The notes beneath the pieces were generated by a model, which was given only the letters and a program-made list of their open reading frames with translations, ran no database searches and had not been told where the DNA came from. A stretch of 64,000 nucleotides of DNA from Guillardia theta CCMP2712 (Eukaryota; Protista; Cryptophyta). The translations under genes and the position numbers were made by a program. Positions 37,662 through 49,263 of the stretch are shown here, piece after piece (position 1 is the first letter of the stretch; the number at the start of each line of letters is the position of its first letter). The stretch lies in assembly GCF_000315625.1 (NCBI RefSeq), contig NW_005434545.1, positions 3,669 through 67,668 of the forward strand, written 5' to 3'.

Positions 37662-38462
37662 TCACTTGGGCAGGTCAAGTCCCAGCCCCTAGAAACAAAA
37701 TCAGTATGTCACAATCAAAAAGTGAGAACAGAAACACAACGTACACAACAGCAAGACAGTCATGCTCTGCTTTCACCTTGCAGATCTCTGCGAGAGGTTC
37801 GAGCTCCTTTCGTTCGACCAATGAAAACTCCAGCACGAAGTACATGAAGTGCTTGAAGCAGGTGTTGAGGTGAGGCTCAGCGCCTAGAGCTATGATCTTC
37901 TCGATGTGCGAGTGGTACATATGGGCATAGACCCGAAAGAGCCTCTTGAAGATGTTCTTCACTTTGCCCTCAAACTCCTTGGGGAAAGGTCGACCTGCAT
38001 CGGGTCAGGAGTCAAGGACAAGGGAGCAAAAGGTTCTTCACCGATATCGGAGGGGAAGATATCCTGGTCATCCAGTTGCTGCTGCACCCATGTCATCAGG
38101 TAGTCGACGTACTCGGGAGCAGAGCACTGGATGGGCTTCTTGATGTTCACCCCATCCGCCCAGTGATACTCGTACTGCGGGCCTGCCGACATGCACGGGC
38201 AGGAGTCGCGCGTGCAGAATTCTGTGATGCTGCCGTAGAGCAAGTTGATCTGGTTGAAGAAGTCGACTGTGTTGACAGCCAGCCACTCGTTCCTGTCCTC
38301 CCCTTCCGGCAGCACAACTGCCTCATGCAGGTTTCCTGTTCCCAGCGTTGCCTTGATCGTCGCTTTTGCATACTTGTGGAGTTGGTAAAGCTTGGTGCCC
38401 TTTTGGAAGTTCTTCTTGGGACGGAAAGTCTTGTTCTTGTTCCCGAAGACTGCTTTCAACAT
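37662..38462 (-). CDS. MOB1: MOB kinase activator 1 (Mob1/phocein family)
   Basis: KTFRPKK, AVVLPEGEDRNEWLAVNTVDFFNQINLLYG, CPCMSAGP, FKRLFRVYAHMYHSH, HLNTCFKHF. Confidence 0.97.
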
Positions 38463-39239
38463 GTCGATTTGCCGATGAGACTTCGAGGGTCACTAAATAT
38501 TCTACGCGTGCGCAAAGTACTTGTGAATGTTCTACGCGAGCGGAAAGTTCACCTGAGCTTGATCGAACACTGCGTCGTTGAGAGTGATCAACCAAGGGTT
38601 CTCATAGCGCCAATGCGCTTGACAGGTCGAGCAGCGGAAGTTGTAGAGCCTTTGTGACAATCATTAGAAAGGCAAGGAACACACAGTTGGCCCGTATGGA
38701 ATGAGTTGCACTGAATCCTGCTGGTCTAAATATTCTCAAGTCGCATGTAGCTGTTCCTGCTCTCTTTTCTTCTTCTCATATCTTAAATCTCCAACACTGA
38801 TCATAGCACACGTCTAGGACTGTCTTGTTGTGATAGATTCTCCTACATTCCCTTGCACCCTAACTGCCTCCCACAACTTTCTATTCATCGACTACTACTC
38901 AGTAAACTTATACCGATACTTCTTGTCCTGGTTCCTCTCCGTCTGACTTGCTCGCGATCATCATTAACACACCACACCTCCTTCCAGCTCAGCTTCTTCT
39001 GTTAAACTGACTTGTCCATCACGACATCGTGCTTGGCCAATCTGCCGACATTAGCAGCAGCGTTACATTCCTCGATTTGTTTCTACTGCACTTCCTCCTC
39101 CTCCTGTTCCCGCAGCAGCTCAAGTTTTGGAGCAGCTTGGGCACTACTCTTCCATCCTTCCTCCCCTTCCCCTCCTCATACTGCTCTTGCAGCTCTGCCC
39201 TCACTGTTTCCTCAGACAAGTATTCCCTCGCTCTCACCC

Positions 39240-39720
39240 CACCTGACCCTCCTCCTCCTCCTCCTCCTCTCTGGTCATGCCCTTCCTCCTCCACCTCCAC
39301 CTCCTCCTGCTCTTCCTCCTCCTCCTCCTCCTCCTCCTCCTCCTCCTGCTCTTCCTGCTGCTCCTGCTGCTGCACCTGCACCTGCTCCTGCTCCTTCTCC
39401 TGCTCCAGGAACCAAAGGCATGATACACAAGCGAGGTGGCCAGAGGGTAGCAGGTGGGGTAGTCAAACGAAATTCTGACTATCGAAAGGTGGGGTGGTTG
39501 GTCAAGTCTTTCTGTTTCATAACCGGGTACTTTCTCTGTAAGACCCCGGAGGTTGTGGGGAAACAGGGGTGGGTTATAGTTTTCCAGGTATAGAGGGGGG
39601 TGGGTAATGGCTGAAGTGACTGATACGACGACCGAGAGGGGAGGAGGAGGTGGAGGAGGAGGAGGAGGAGGAGGAGGAGGAGGAGGGGAGGAGGAGGAGG
39701 GGAGGAGGAGGAGGAGCAGA
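39240..39720. repeat. (CCT)n and (GGA)n low-complexity tracts
   Basis: Trinucleotide runs on opposite strands. Confidence 0.75.
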
Positions 39721-40381
39721 AGATGTAGAAGAGAAGAAACAAAATGGAACGATGGCAACGATGATGGAAGAATATTGCCGGAGGGGAGACATGGCAAAGG
39801 GAGGGCTGATTCATGAGGGGCAGTTGCAGAAAAGTAAAATTTCAAGAAGTGGGAAGGAGAAGGAGCAAGTGTATAGTTGAGACTAGTTCTTGAGAGGAGA
39901 GGAATGCTGAGGAGAGGTTCTAGGGGGAGAGGTTCTAGGGCTAAGGACAAGAGAGGTGGATTGATATACGTCTGCCAGTCAAGGGAGGGAGGAAGAGATT
40001 GCGCTGGGAGAGGTGGGCGAGGAACAGAGGAAGGTGGGAGGTATCCGTCACTCGATATCCGCGTGGTCATGCTGTAGCCGAATTACTCCATAGGTCACCT
40101 TCGACTGTGAGGCTAGGCGGGAAAAGATGGGTGGGAGGGAGCAGGGAAGCGAGAAGGTTGAGGAAATGTTGTCGATCCACTCATGCGCTCCCTCCATCTA
40201 CATGGTCCACCTTCAACTTCCAATGTTCCCTATCATAGCGCGAGGGTCATCTCATCTCACTTGCTTCGCTCCTGCCCTTCTGCTCAGCGTCTCACGTTGT
40301 TCCAGCAGTGGGACGCGCATCGAGGAGGGGGTCATTCATTGAGAGCGAGACCCTGAGCAGCACGGGCAAGTACGGGCAAGC

Positions 40382-41309
40382 ATGTCCTCCTGCAGCTCGA
40401 GATGGATGCTTGTCCTCTTCTTCGTCCTCCATGCAGCTGTCAACCACGCGCTCCTTGTCTTGGGCGTGTCGCCGGTCCGACTGATGGCCAGCAGATCGCC
40501 CTTGACGTTTGTAAGGAGGAGACTTTCCATGTGCGAAACAGGAGGAGGCGAGGCAGACGCAGACGGTCGAGTTGGGCTCAGCCTGGAGCAGCGAAAGGTG
40601 AAGGCGGTGGAGCTGCGCAACCAGGCGGTGGAGCTCGAGTCGTCAGCGGCGACGCTACGGAAGGATGCGGTAGCGAAGGAGCAGCAGGCAGCGAAGCTGC
40701 GGATCGAAGCATGGCAGCTGGAGGGGACGGTGTCAGCGGTGACCAAAGAAGTGACGCTGACGGACAAGTACGAGAAGCAGCTCGCAGAGCTGGACCTCAT
40801 GGCGGAAGACTGGATCGACACGGACGAGGCGAGTGGAGGGAGGAGGGAGGGAGAGGACGAGGCTGAGACACGGCGCAGGAGAAGTGGGAGTGGTACCAGA
40901 AGCAGCGGCAGATGATCAAAGACATGATCGATGCCCAGAAGGAGTACGACCAGCGAGCCAACGAGCAGCTCCAAGACCTCAAGGAGATCCTCCTCGACCT
41001 TCAGGTCTCCTCAGCACGATCGTCCTCCTCCTCAGCCTCCGCCTCACCCGCCCCTGCAGGACATGTTCAACATCGTGACCGTACAGGAGGACGGGAACAT
41101 AACAGCTGCAGGTGTTTTATTCCTCCTCCCCCTCCTCCCTGTCCTTCTCTCTTACCTCAAACCCAGGCTGGACTTTCGTCATCTTGTCTGTTCTGATCCC
41201 AGTGTGGATTGGCTACGAGCTCTTCCTGCTGCTGTCTTCCTCCTCCAGCGCCTTCTTCGAACTCCTCGGTCAGGGCACCAGCAAGGATCCTTTCGACGGC
41301 GTGCAGTGA
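40382..41309 (+). CDS. Hypothetical protein with signal/transit-like N-terminus, coiled coil and C-terminal TM
   Basis: Hydrophobic leader MLVLFFVLHAAVNHA, basic transit-like stretch, heptads, TM WTFVILSVLIPVWIGY; GT-AG introns. Confidence 0.6.
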
Positions 41310-41363
41310 TCTAGCCCAGCTCAAAGTCAAAGACGATCGTAAAGCATGACGAGCAAGCTGACC

Positions 41364-44209
41364 TCACGGTTGGAGGCTCTCACGACCTTTCATGGCAAGT
41401 CTCTTGTCCTCCTCCTCCATCATCTTCTCGCAAACATCTCCTCCCCCAGCCTCGGCATGTTCTTCTTCTGCTCGCTCATCCACGTGCTCTGCATTTTTCT
41501 GCTTTCTCGTCACTTCCCTTCCATCTCCCGCCCCTTCCTTACCTCCCCCCCCTTCCCTCATCCCACTCATCCCCCCCCCCCAACCTCCTCCCCGCTCTTC
41601 CTTCTCTTCCCCCGCCTCCTCCTCTCCTCTTCCTCCTCCTTACCTCAGCTCTCTCTCTACCAACTTGTTCCCTGGCGACTTGGCGAGCGCTGCCCGAAGG
41701 TCTGCTTCTGCCGCCTACTGTCCCTCAGCGAGCTCAATCTTATCGCAACCCCTCTCCTCTTCCTCCTCCTCCTCCTCCTCTTCCTCTTCCTCTCCTCTTC
41801 CTCTTCCTCCTCCTCTTCCTCTTCCTCCTCCTCTTCCTCCTCCATACCGAATAATCCTTCAGCATTTGATGCGCTCTTGCACGGCGGAAGAAAAGCTTCA
41901 CGCTCTTCTGGATGACTTCTGCGCGATCGCACAGCGCGATGACCTGACAGGGACGGCAGGGTGAGGAAGAAGCGGAGGGTGCGGGGCAGCAGCGAGCAAG
42001 ACCTGTTGCCACTGCTGCTCCTTGAGCATGCACTGAGCTGCGTTCAGCAGGAGGTCGAAGTGAAACTTCTTGACTTCCCGCTTCAGCTCGTCGCTCAGTC
42101 GATTCTCTTCGACCGCATCCTCCTCCTCTGCCGGCCTGCACTCGGGGCGTCCCAGGTTGAAGATGCTCGGGCAGTCTTCCTCTAGGCGCTCCATCACGCT
42201 CGTCATGTCCACCCTGTTCCTCTCCTCCATATTGTGGTGCAGCATGTACTGCGTCAGCTTCAGTGCCGACGAGAACTTGACAAGTGCTGCCGCCGTCAGG
42301 TTGTGCAAGTAGAGCTGGACCCCCTGCTGGTGCCTGCGACGAGCATGCTCCAGCACGCCTTCCAGCTCGTCGGTCCACTCCCTTGGGGAGACGTGGAGTA
42401 CTCGAGCTTCGAGAAGGAGCGCTTGTCCGCTGCTCGCCTGCTCCTGGAAGTTGCCTCCCTCCCCTGCCCCGACGCTGTCGAGCCCCAGGCCCCCGGGAAC
42501 GAGCAGCTGGAGGTGCCTGATGCCCTGCAGCTCCAGCAAAGCAGCTTCCAGCGCCAGCGGCAGCTCGCCGTCACCTACGCGCGTTTGATACTCGCGGAAG
42601 GTCAGGGGCGAGAGGTCAAGCGAGCTGAGCTGAGCTGGGGGAGAGAGGAGGTGCGAAGAGACGAGAGTCTGCTGGAGGAGGAGGTGGACTTGGTCAGTCT
42701 CGAGCATGTAGTGCTTCGTGATGTCCGACTGGTTGAAGACTCGCATGAGTGCTTGACCTGCGCTCACTCAGCAGGTCAAACTCATTCAACAGCTCATCAC
42801 CAGCTGGAAGCGAGCTGATGAGTCGCGGGACTCGGAGGACCCTGTTCCAGCAGTGCAGGGTGATGTCGAGAGTGCAGACCTGAGCTGCAGCCAAGTGCGG
42901 GGGGAGCAGCAGGTACTTGACGTCTCCTGCTGGCCAACCATCCAACGGCACTGGAGGCATCGGGAAGACGAGCGGAGAGCAGGCCTGCTTGTTCCTCAGA
43001 CTCTCTCCCTCCCAAGAAGCAGCGTCAGCGTCAAGGTGACAGACATGGACGAGGCCGCGAGTGCCGCGGTGGAAGCGAGAGGTGATGACGTCCTCAACCC
43101 CTTGAGGCCACTTACCGGAGCCCAGCCTGACCCAACCTCTCTTACTCTCTCCTCCTTGCTCGCCATCGCTCAGGGGCCTTGTGAGCCTGTCCATGCTCGT
43201 CACACCCCCTGGGCTGGACCAGGACAGCGTCAGGTAGACTTCGTCATTGACCTCTGGGGGTTCATCCCCTCCCCCCCAATGCAGACACTCAAACAAGATC
43301 CTGCCATCACCAAACATGTCGTTGCGTCCAAACTCAAAGAGATGGATGGTGATCCTAGAATTCACATCAACATCAGACAAGCGCACGACGCAACGAGGAC
43401 GACCTGAGCTCCAAATCGCTTCCTGCTTGTTCTCCCAGGAACGACGTGTTGACAAACAGGTCTTCAAGGTTATAACCATGCAGTGCGAAGAGGCTTTTCT
43501 CTCCTCGTCTCATACTTGAAAGAGCTGAGTGCCAGAACTTCACTGGGTTCAGCGCCAGCGAGAGCCTGCAGGTCGGATCTGTCACTGGGGAGAGGCTCAC
43601 TGGGGTGACGTCTATTGGGACTGAAAGCCTTTCTTCTTCCATGTGCATGCGGATAGCTGTCATGGGTGTGTAGTTTTGACGAGCCGAATCAAAAGTGACA
43701 GAGTTATTGAACAAGACCTGGAAATGAAAGAAGACATCGTCGCCCTCCTTGGGCAAGCCGGGGTATTCCTTGTCTTCAAGAAGCATATGCTTCTCAAAGC
43801 CTGGCCCCGGGTGCTCGTCTAATGCTTGTTGAAATTCAGCGCTTGAGTTTGACTTCAAGACCTGTTGCAGCATCCGTTGCAGGTGATCTACTTCGGAGGC
43901 CTCGTCACCGTCCCTCGCATCGTCCGAGCCATCGACCTCTCCCTCATCGCCTTCATCGTACGAGTCCGGAAGCGCGTCGACGTCTTCTACTCCTTCCTCG
44001 CTTCCATCTCCCGAAGATGCTTTAGGATATTCAGGGCAGCACTCAAGGAGGCCTCCCCTCAAACCGAGAGTTCTTGGATGAATCGGAGGAGCCCACAGGG
44101 TGTGTAGCTGGAGCGAACAAGGTCTCTGTCTTGCATGACTGCCGGCGATGTTGTCACTCGGCAGTAAAGACAGAACGATCAGCAACACTGCAGTGATCAT
44201 GTATCGCAT
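41364..44209 (-). CDS. Multi-FKBP peptidyl-prolyl isomerase with TPRs (ROF1/PAS1-like) and a signal peptide
   Basis: PKEGDDVFFHF..TFDSAR..ALSSMRRGEKSLF, a second unit DMFGDGRILF..PEVNDEV, TPR-like LLLNAAQCMLKEQQW, and an N-terminal signal peptide. Confidence 0.78.
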
Positions 44210-44329
44210 AGATCTGGCGACAGGATTATGAGGATCCGTGAATCAGGGTAAGAGAGGCGAAATTGATGATGAAGATTCAGCTGCTGTGAAAATAACTAGG
44301 ATGAAACAAGGATGTGGACGAGGACGAGA

Positions 44330-44525
44330 ACAACAGACAGAAGACAGAGAAAGAGAGGAAGAGAGGAAGAGAGGAAGAGAGGAAGAGAGAGGGAGAGGAA
44401 GAGAGAAAGAGAGAGGGAGAGAGGAAGAGAGGGAGAGAGGGAGAGAGGGAGAGAGGGAGAGAGAAAGAGTGGGGGGGGAGGGAGAGAGATGAGGGCGAGG
44501 AGGAGGACAAGGAGGAGGAGGACGA
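44330..44525. repeat. GA-rich low-complexity tract
   Basis: GAGAGGAA/GAGAGG runs. Confidence 0.8.
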
Positions 44526-45624
44526 GGATCGTAGTGTAGGGGAGTCGTCGGGAGACTCAACGTGATAACGTTCACATAACGGAAATTTCGTTGCGGGGAT
44601 GTGGGTACATACAACCCCTACCCCCTGCTTTACCCAAAATCACTATGAAAGACCCCTGACACTAGTCGTATACCACTACCCCCCATTTCCTGGTGAATGA
44701 GATTGATTTTAATGGGGTCCTTTAGCCCCATTGATCACCTACCCTCGATTCATCATGGATTCAGGGGTGGGGGTAGTAAACGAGGAGCGCAGAGAGGCAT
44801 GGCGATCATAATCACGCCGCCACCTTACCCGGTGAGATGACCTGAGGCATGGGAGGGAGCAGCAGGAGCAGCAGAGGCTATGACAACAAGGAGCATATGA
44901 TAGATGAGGAGGAGGAAAGAGAAGAACTCGGGGGTTGATATTGAAGGACCTTCAGATACACAAAAAGTTGGCCACATGCGCCTGTTTTGAGTCTATATCA
45001 TGCACATGCCTTCAATTCTTCCTTTTTGCCAAGAATTTGGATTGTCTGACCATGCGTCTGTCTGGTAGGTCATCAATTCGAACCCAGACTTCAAGGCAGT
45101 TGTTAGGAACTTTAAGCGCAATGAGTATGAGAGAATGGGATTTTTTACGTTGATTTCTATCCCCCTCGGATATTTTGCAGGTGAAAAGCTTTGAATCTCT
45201 AGCTTGCATGGTTATTTCTTACAATTGCAACAGGCACTTCCAACCTTCCTCAAATGAGGGTTCCATCGGCAGTTTTGGCTACTGTCATTGGAGCTACGGG
45301 AAGCTTCTGCTTGGCGTATCAGGCGTCAACCCTTAGGCTGATTGGTCTTAGGCCAAATGACGAAGATGTTAATGCGGCCAAGAGGTCCTAATTGCAAGTT
45401 TTAAACTTCGTATTCGAACGAATCGGCGCTTTAACAAGTGTTGATCACTTTTGTCTTGTCTCGTTTGTTTTGCAAGCCAGGCATGACTACTGTGCCGCAC
45501 ATGTACTTTCAGTACCACTCATTGTGCTTGTTGATTGCAATGCAGCGTACTAGCGTGCCCGCGAATATAAACAGGAGAAACTGGCTGTATGCAAACTAGA
45601 AAACACGCTAATCGAACATTTATT

Positions 45625-46437
45625 TCACTTTTTGGGGTCATTGTGAAAAATGGGTCCAGTACAGCTCCATAGATGCTTTCCACCGCCTTTTTCTACCTTA
45701 GGTGCAGATCCCAAATATCCCACATTAACGTCGAGATTGATATCAGAACTGCTGAGCAAATTCCTTGATTGAGGAGATTCCACAGAATTCTCCTCGATTT
45801 CCTTGGTTTCAGTGAGGGACGCGTAATGATTCAGATGAGATTTTGACGCAAACTCAAGATCATAGTACCCACGGAACCCCACGCAATATCCACGAAAAGC
45901 CTTTCCAGACTCCCAAATCACATTTGCAGTACAACCTGACATGCGGGTCAATCCAAAAGAAATTTACAGAAGCCAACTACCTTCTGGTGTGTTGTTTACT
46001 CCTGTGATAATTCCTACACGTCCCTGTGATGAATCATATTTGTTGTCTCCAAGCCTTTTCAGATACAACTTGGTGGTTTGAACACGTAACTTCGACTTCA
46101 TTGCCACAGCTACGACGTCTTCTGTGACCAGCAATCCAGGACATACGGAAATATCCAATTTCTTGTTAGTTGGTGAAGGTTCCAATATCTGTGCATACAA
46201 AAGTGATTGGTCCGAATACGACGAGAAATCTTTAGAGTCAGTGGAATCATTGTTCTCATCGCTGTCTGTTGGTGGCTGCCATTGGGCTACGGAAGAAATG
46301 CTAGCTGCTTGCTGCACGCATCCATCGCCACCGGAACCCATAGCTCCGATAAGGATTGGCGTTGCTGATACTTGCAAGTAAAACGAGTGCAATTTTAGAT
46401 AGGAAAAGAAGGTCTGGTGTTGCCTTTGAGGAGCCAA
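45625..46437 (-). pseudogene. Possible decayed ORF of unknown origin
   Basis: Two same-frame ORFs separated by a single TAA (45964-45966), in AT-richer DNA without obvious introns. Confidence 0.3.
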
Positions 46438-49263
46438 GAATAAGAGGAGTGTGAACTTGAAACAATATAGCGTGGGACTTCACCCAGGTAAAATGAGGCT
46501 TGGAATGTGTGGTTAGTTGGCAATAAAAATAGAGCAAGTTAGGTCGAGGCCGAAGCTGTGTAACAGCCTAACAAAAAAATTTGGTCAGTCGAAATCAAAA
46601 CATGCCATGCCTTGAATGTCAGAAAGCTCCCATATGAGAACAAGTGTTTGTGGAAAGCAGCAGAAAACAGCAGGGGGATAAGAGCATTTAGGACAAAGCA
46701 AGGTTTAGACAGAATTTAGAAGTAGACGCGTGACACTGAAGATGAGGATCATGTGGCGACATCAGATACTAGAAATGAGGATTCACAGGGAGTGAAGGTG
46801 TCAGGCGAAGCGATGAAAGTGAATGTAGCGCATGTATCATGACTCACATAGATGACAAACTTGAGGGAAAGCTGAATGCAGTTCAAAATGATAGGGAAAA
46901 GGAAATGCACAGGAACAAGAATAGTTGCAGACTGGCATTGTTGAGGTTGTAGACGTGTAAGGTTGATATGGGACAAGAAGGACGTCACAAGAGTTGAGAT
47001 CATGGAACATCGAGCCTCGTGCGCTTTCCAAGACCAGAAGTTGCAAGAGGAGAGGAGTAAGACTCAAGCAAGCAGGGCAAGAGAAAAGTTGCAGCATGGA
47101 GTTGCATGCGAGTGCACGTGAGGAAGGAGGCGAGCCAACCAGCCGCCATGAGGAGTAGGGACATGGCGCAGTAGAAACAAGATGTGGCCTACGAGGGGTG
47201 GGGTGGGGTTCAACAAGCGCTAGTGCCTGTGGGTACTAGGAAAGGTCAGGCACTTGCGACTGGTGGGTCCAATGCTACTGTCTAGATTCCTCCACAGGTG
47301 GGGTAGGGTCATCTGAGAGTCCGAGGTTGGGTGACCGCCATGTAGGGGTGGGGGTAGTCGGCGTGTGGCAGTGACTCACGAGGTAGTCCGTAGCGATGGG
47401 GTGAGTCTGAGCATCAGGGGTCAGGGTGGCTGGTAGGGCAGGGGTCAGGAGCAAATCTAGATGGCCCGTCACTAGGCTATGAGACTGTGCCTGCCGGGGA
47501 GGGTTAAAGATAGCACGGGTGGTGGGTTGGCCGGGAGAGGGGCAGGGGTAGCGAGGGGGTAGCCTTGTTGGATAGGGGAATGAAGGACGATGCTGGTAGT
47601 CACGAGCCACAGGAACTGAAGGTGGGGGGTAGTGACCGGTCATGAATGTTCTTTGATGGGGGTGGTTTGTCTCGGAGGGCCGGGGTGGGGGGAACTTTGG
47701 ATAATAAGCTTCATTTTAGTAGCCGTTACAATAATAGAAGCCTGAGAACTACGACATGGCGGAGCCTGTGAGAAGGGGTAGGGGTCCAACAGATACCCAC
47801 ACTGAACCGGGGCTGAGAGTAAACAAAACATTGAGAGTCTGGGGTCACCGGTGGTAGTACCCGATGGGGTCAGTGGGGTAGCCTAGACTCTTTGATTTTA
47901 TCCTACCGGGTCATGACTCAGTGATAAGTGTGTAGTACCCTACCCCTAGCTCACGCCGTACCTTCTTCGTACTTTCGCCCCTATTGACAGTGCGCTGACT
48001 TGAATTTTGTTGGATCACCCCACCACATCTCAATAGGGGCATCTGCAGTCAGGTACCCCGGGTGATTGACCAGCCCGCACTTATCAATCGTAAAATGATT
48101 TCCGCCTTGCTACAGGATAAACTTAAAATTGGGGAGATCCTCGCTAACCGACTACCCCACCCACCCCAACCGCACCAGAACGAGTAGCGCCTCGTGAATG
48201 ACCTACTGGTACCACCCCTGGATATTGTTTCCGAGCATGGACTTGACAGCTGGTCCAGGCCTCACTACCCTACCCTACCTTGACTACCCCTGTTCCGATC
48301 CTCACCTATTAACACACCGGGCTGCCGGTCCGCCCGGCATGGACCCCACCCCCCCCCCCTCCGAGGCTCACCACCGTCTGCCACGGTTAATTTCATCAGG
48401 CCTCGGAGGCTTTCGCTCGGAAGGCCGTTCGAGTACCCCTTTCTTCCAGCTACTGTTGGTACGGTAGCCCCCCAGGCTCCATCAGCCGCTGAGGTACGTG
48501 GCCGGACTTGCCAGGGGTGGGGTAGGGTGGTGCAGTTGCTTTCATTTGACATTTCTAGCAGCCGGATACTCTATTATTGGTACAATAAGATTGACTTACA
48601 TTATTGACTGAAGTTTGAAGCCAAAAACTCGACCAGGTGAATCTTTGAGTAATAGAAATAGTCAACCAGACACAGTTTTGTAGCCCCCGGCGCCAGGCCG
48701 CGGGCCCGACTGGCCGGGCCGGCGGGCCGGTCACCACTGGTAACCCGGTGTGGTTGAGAGGAGTGGTAACCTTGGCGGCAAGTCGGTTGTTGTTTCCAGT
48801 AGCAACAGATGGAGCGGGGGAGCCAAGAGAGCTGGGGAGAGAAGAGAAAGAAGCGAGCAGTTCCGTCAGATTATCCTACGATAGTCAGAACGAGAACCTG
48901 TTGTGTTGTGTGCCCTCAAGGTGTTTTGAGCATGATAGAGCAGAGTAATCATGTGTAAGAGTCATGAAAAACAGTGTAGAATGGCCGAAGCCATGAATCG
49001 TTCGAGTTGAACATGAAAAAGAAGATGGAAAGACTGGAAGAAGAAGAATATCAGTGGCTTGATTAGCTCACGGTCTTGTGCTTGTATATGCCTAAAACAG
49101 AGAACAAAACCTCGTGATACCCTGTTCAGCACTAATCACCTTGCAGATCTCATCGATACAGCCTTTGATCCAAGAGCAGTGATGTGATGCAAGTTACAAT
49201 GTGCGTTGGATGCAGATCGAACCATGATCTAAGATAGATCTTAAACTCAAGCAGCTCAAGACC

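Noticed and set aside
39012-40077. Pro-, Gly- and Glu-rich ORFs
   Set aside because: Products of CCT/GGA low-complexity tracts with no domain or consistent splice structure.
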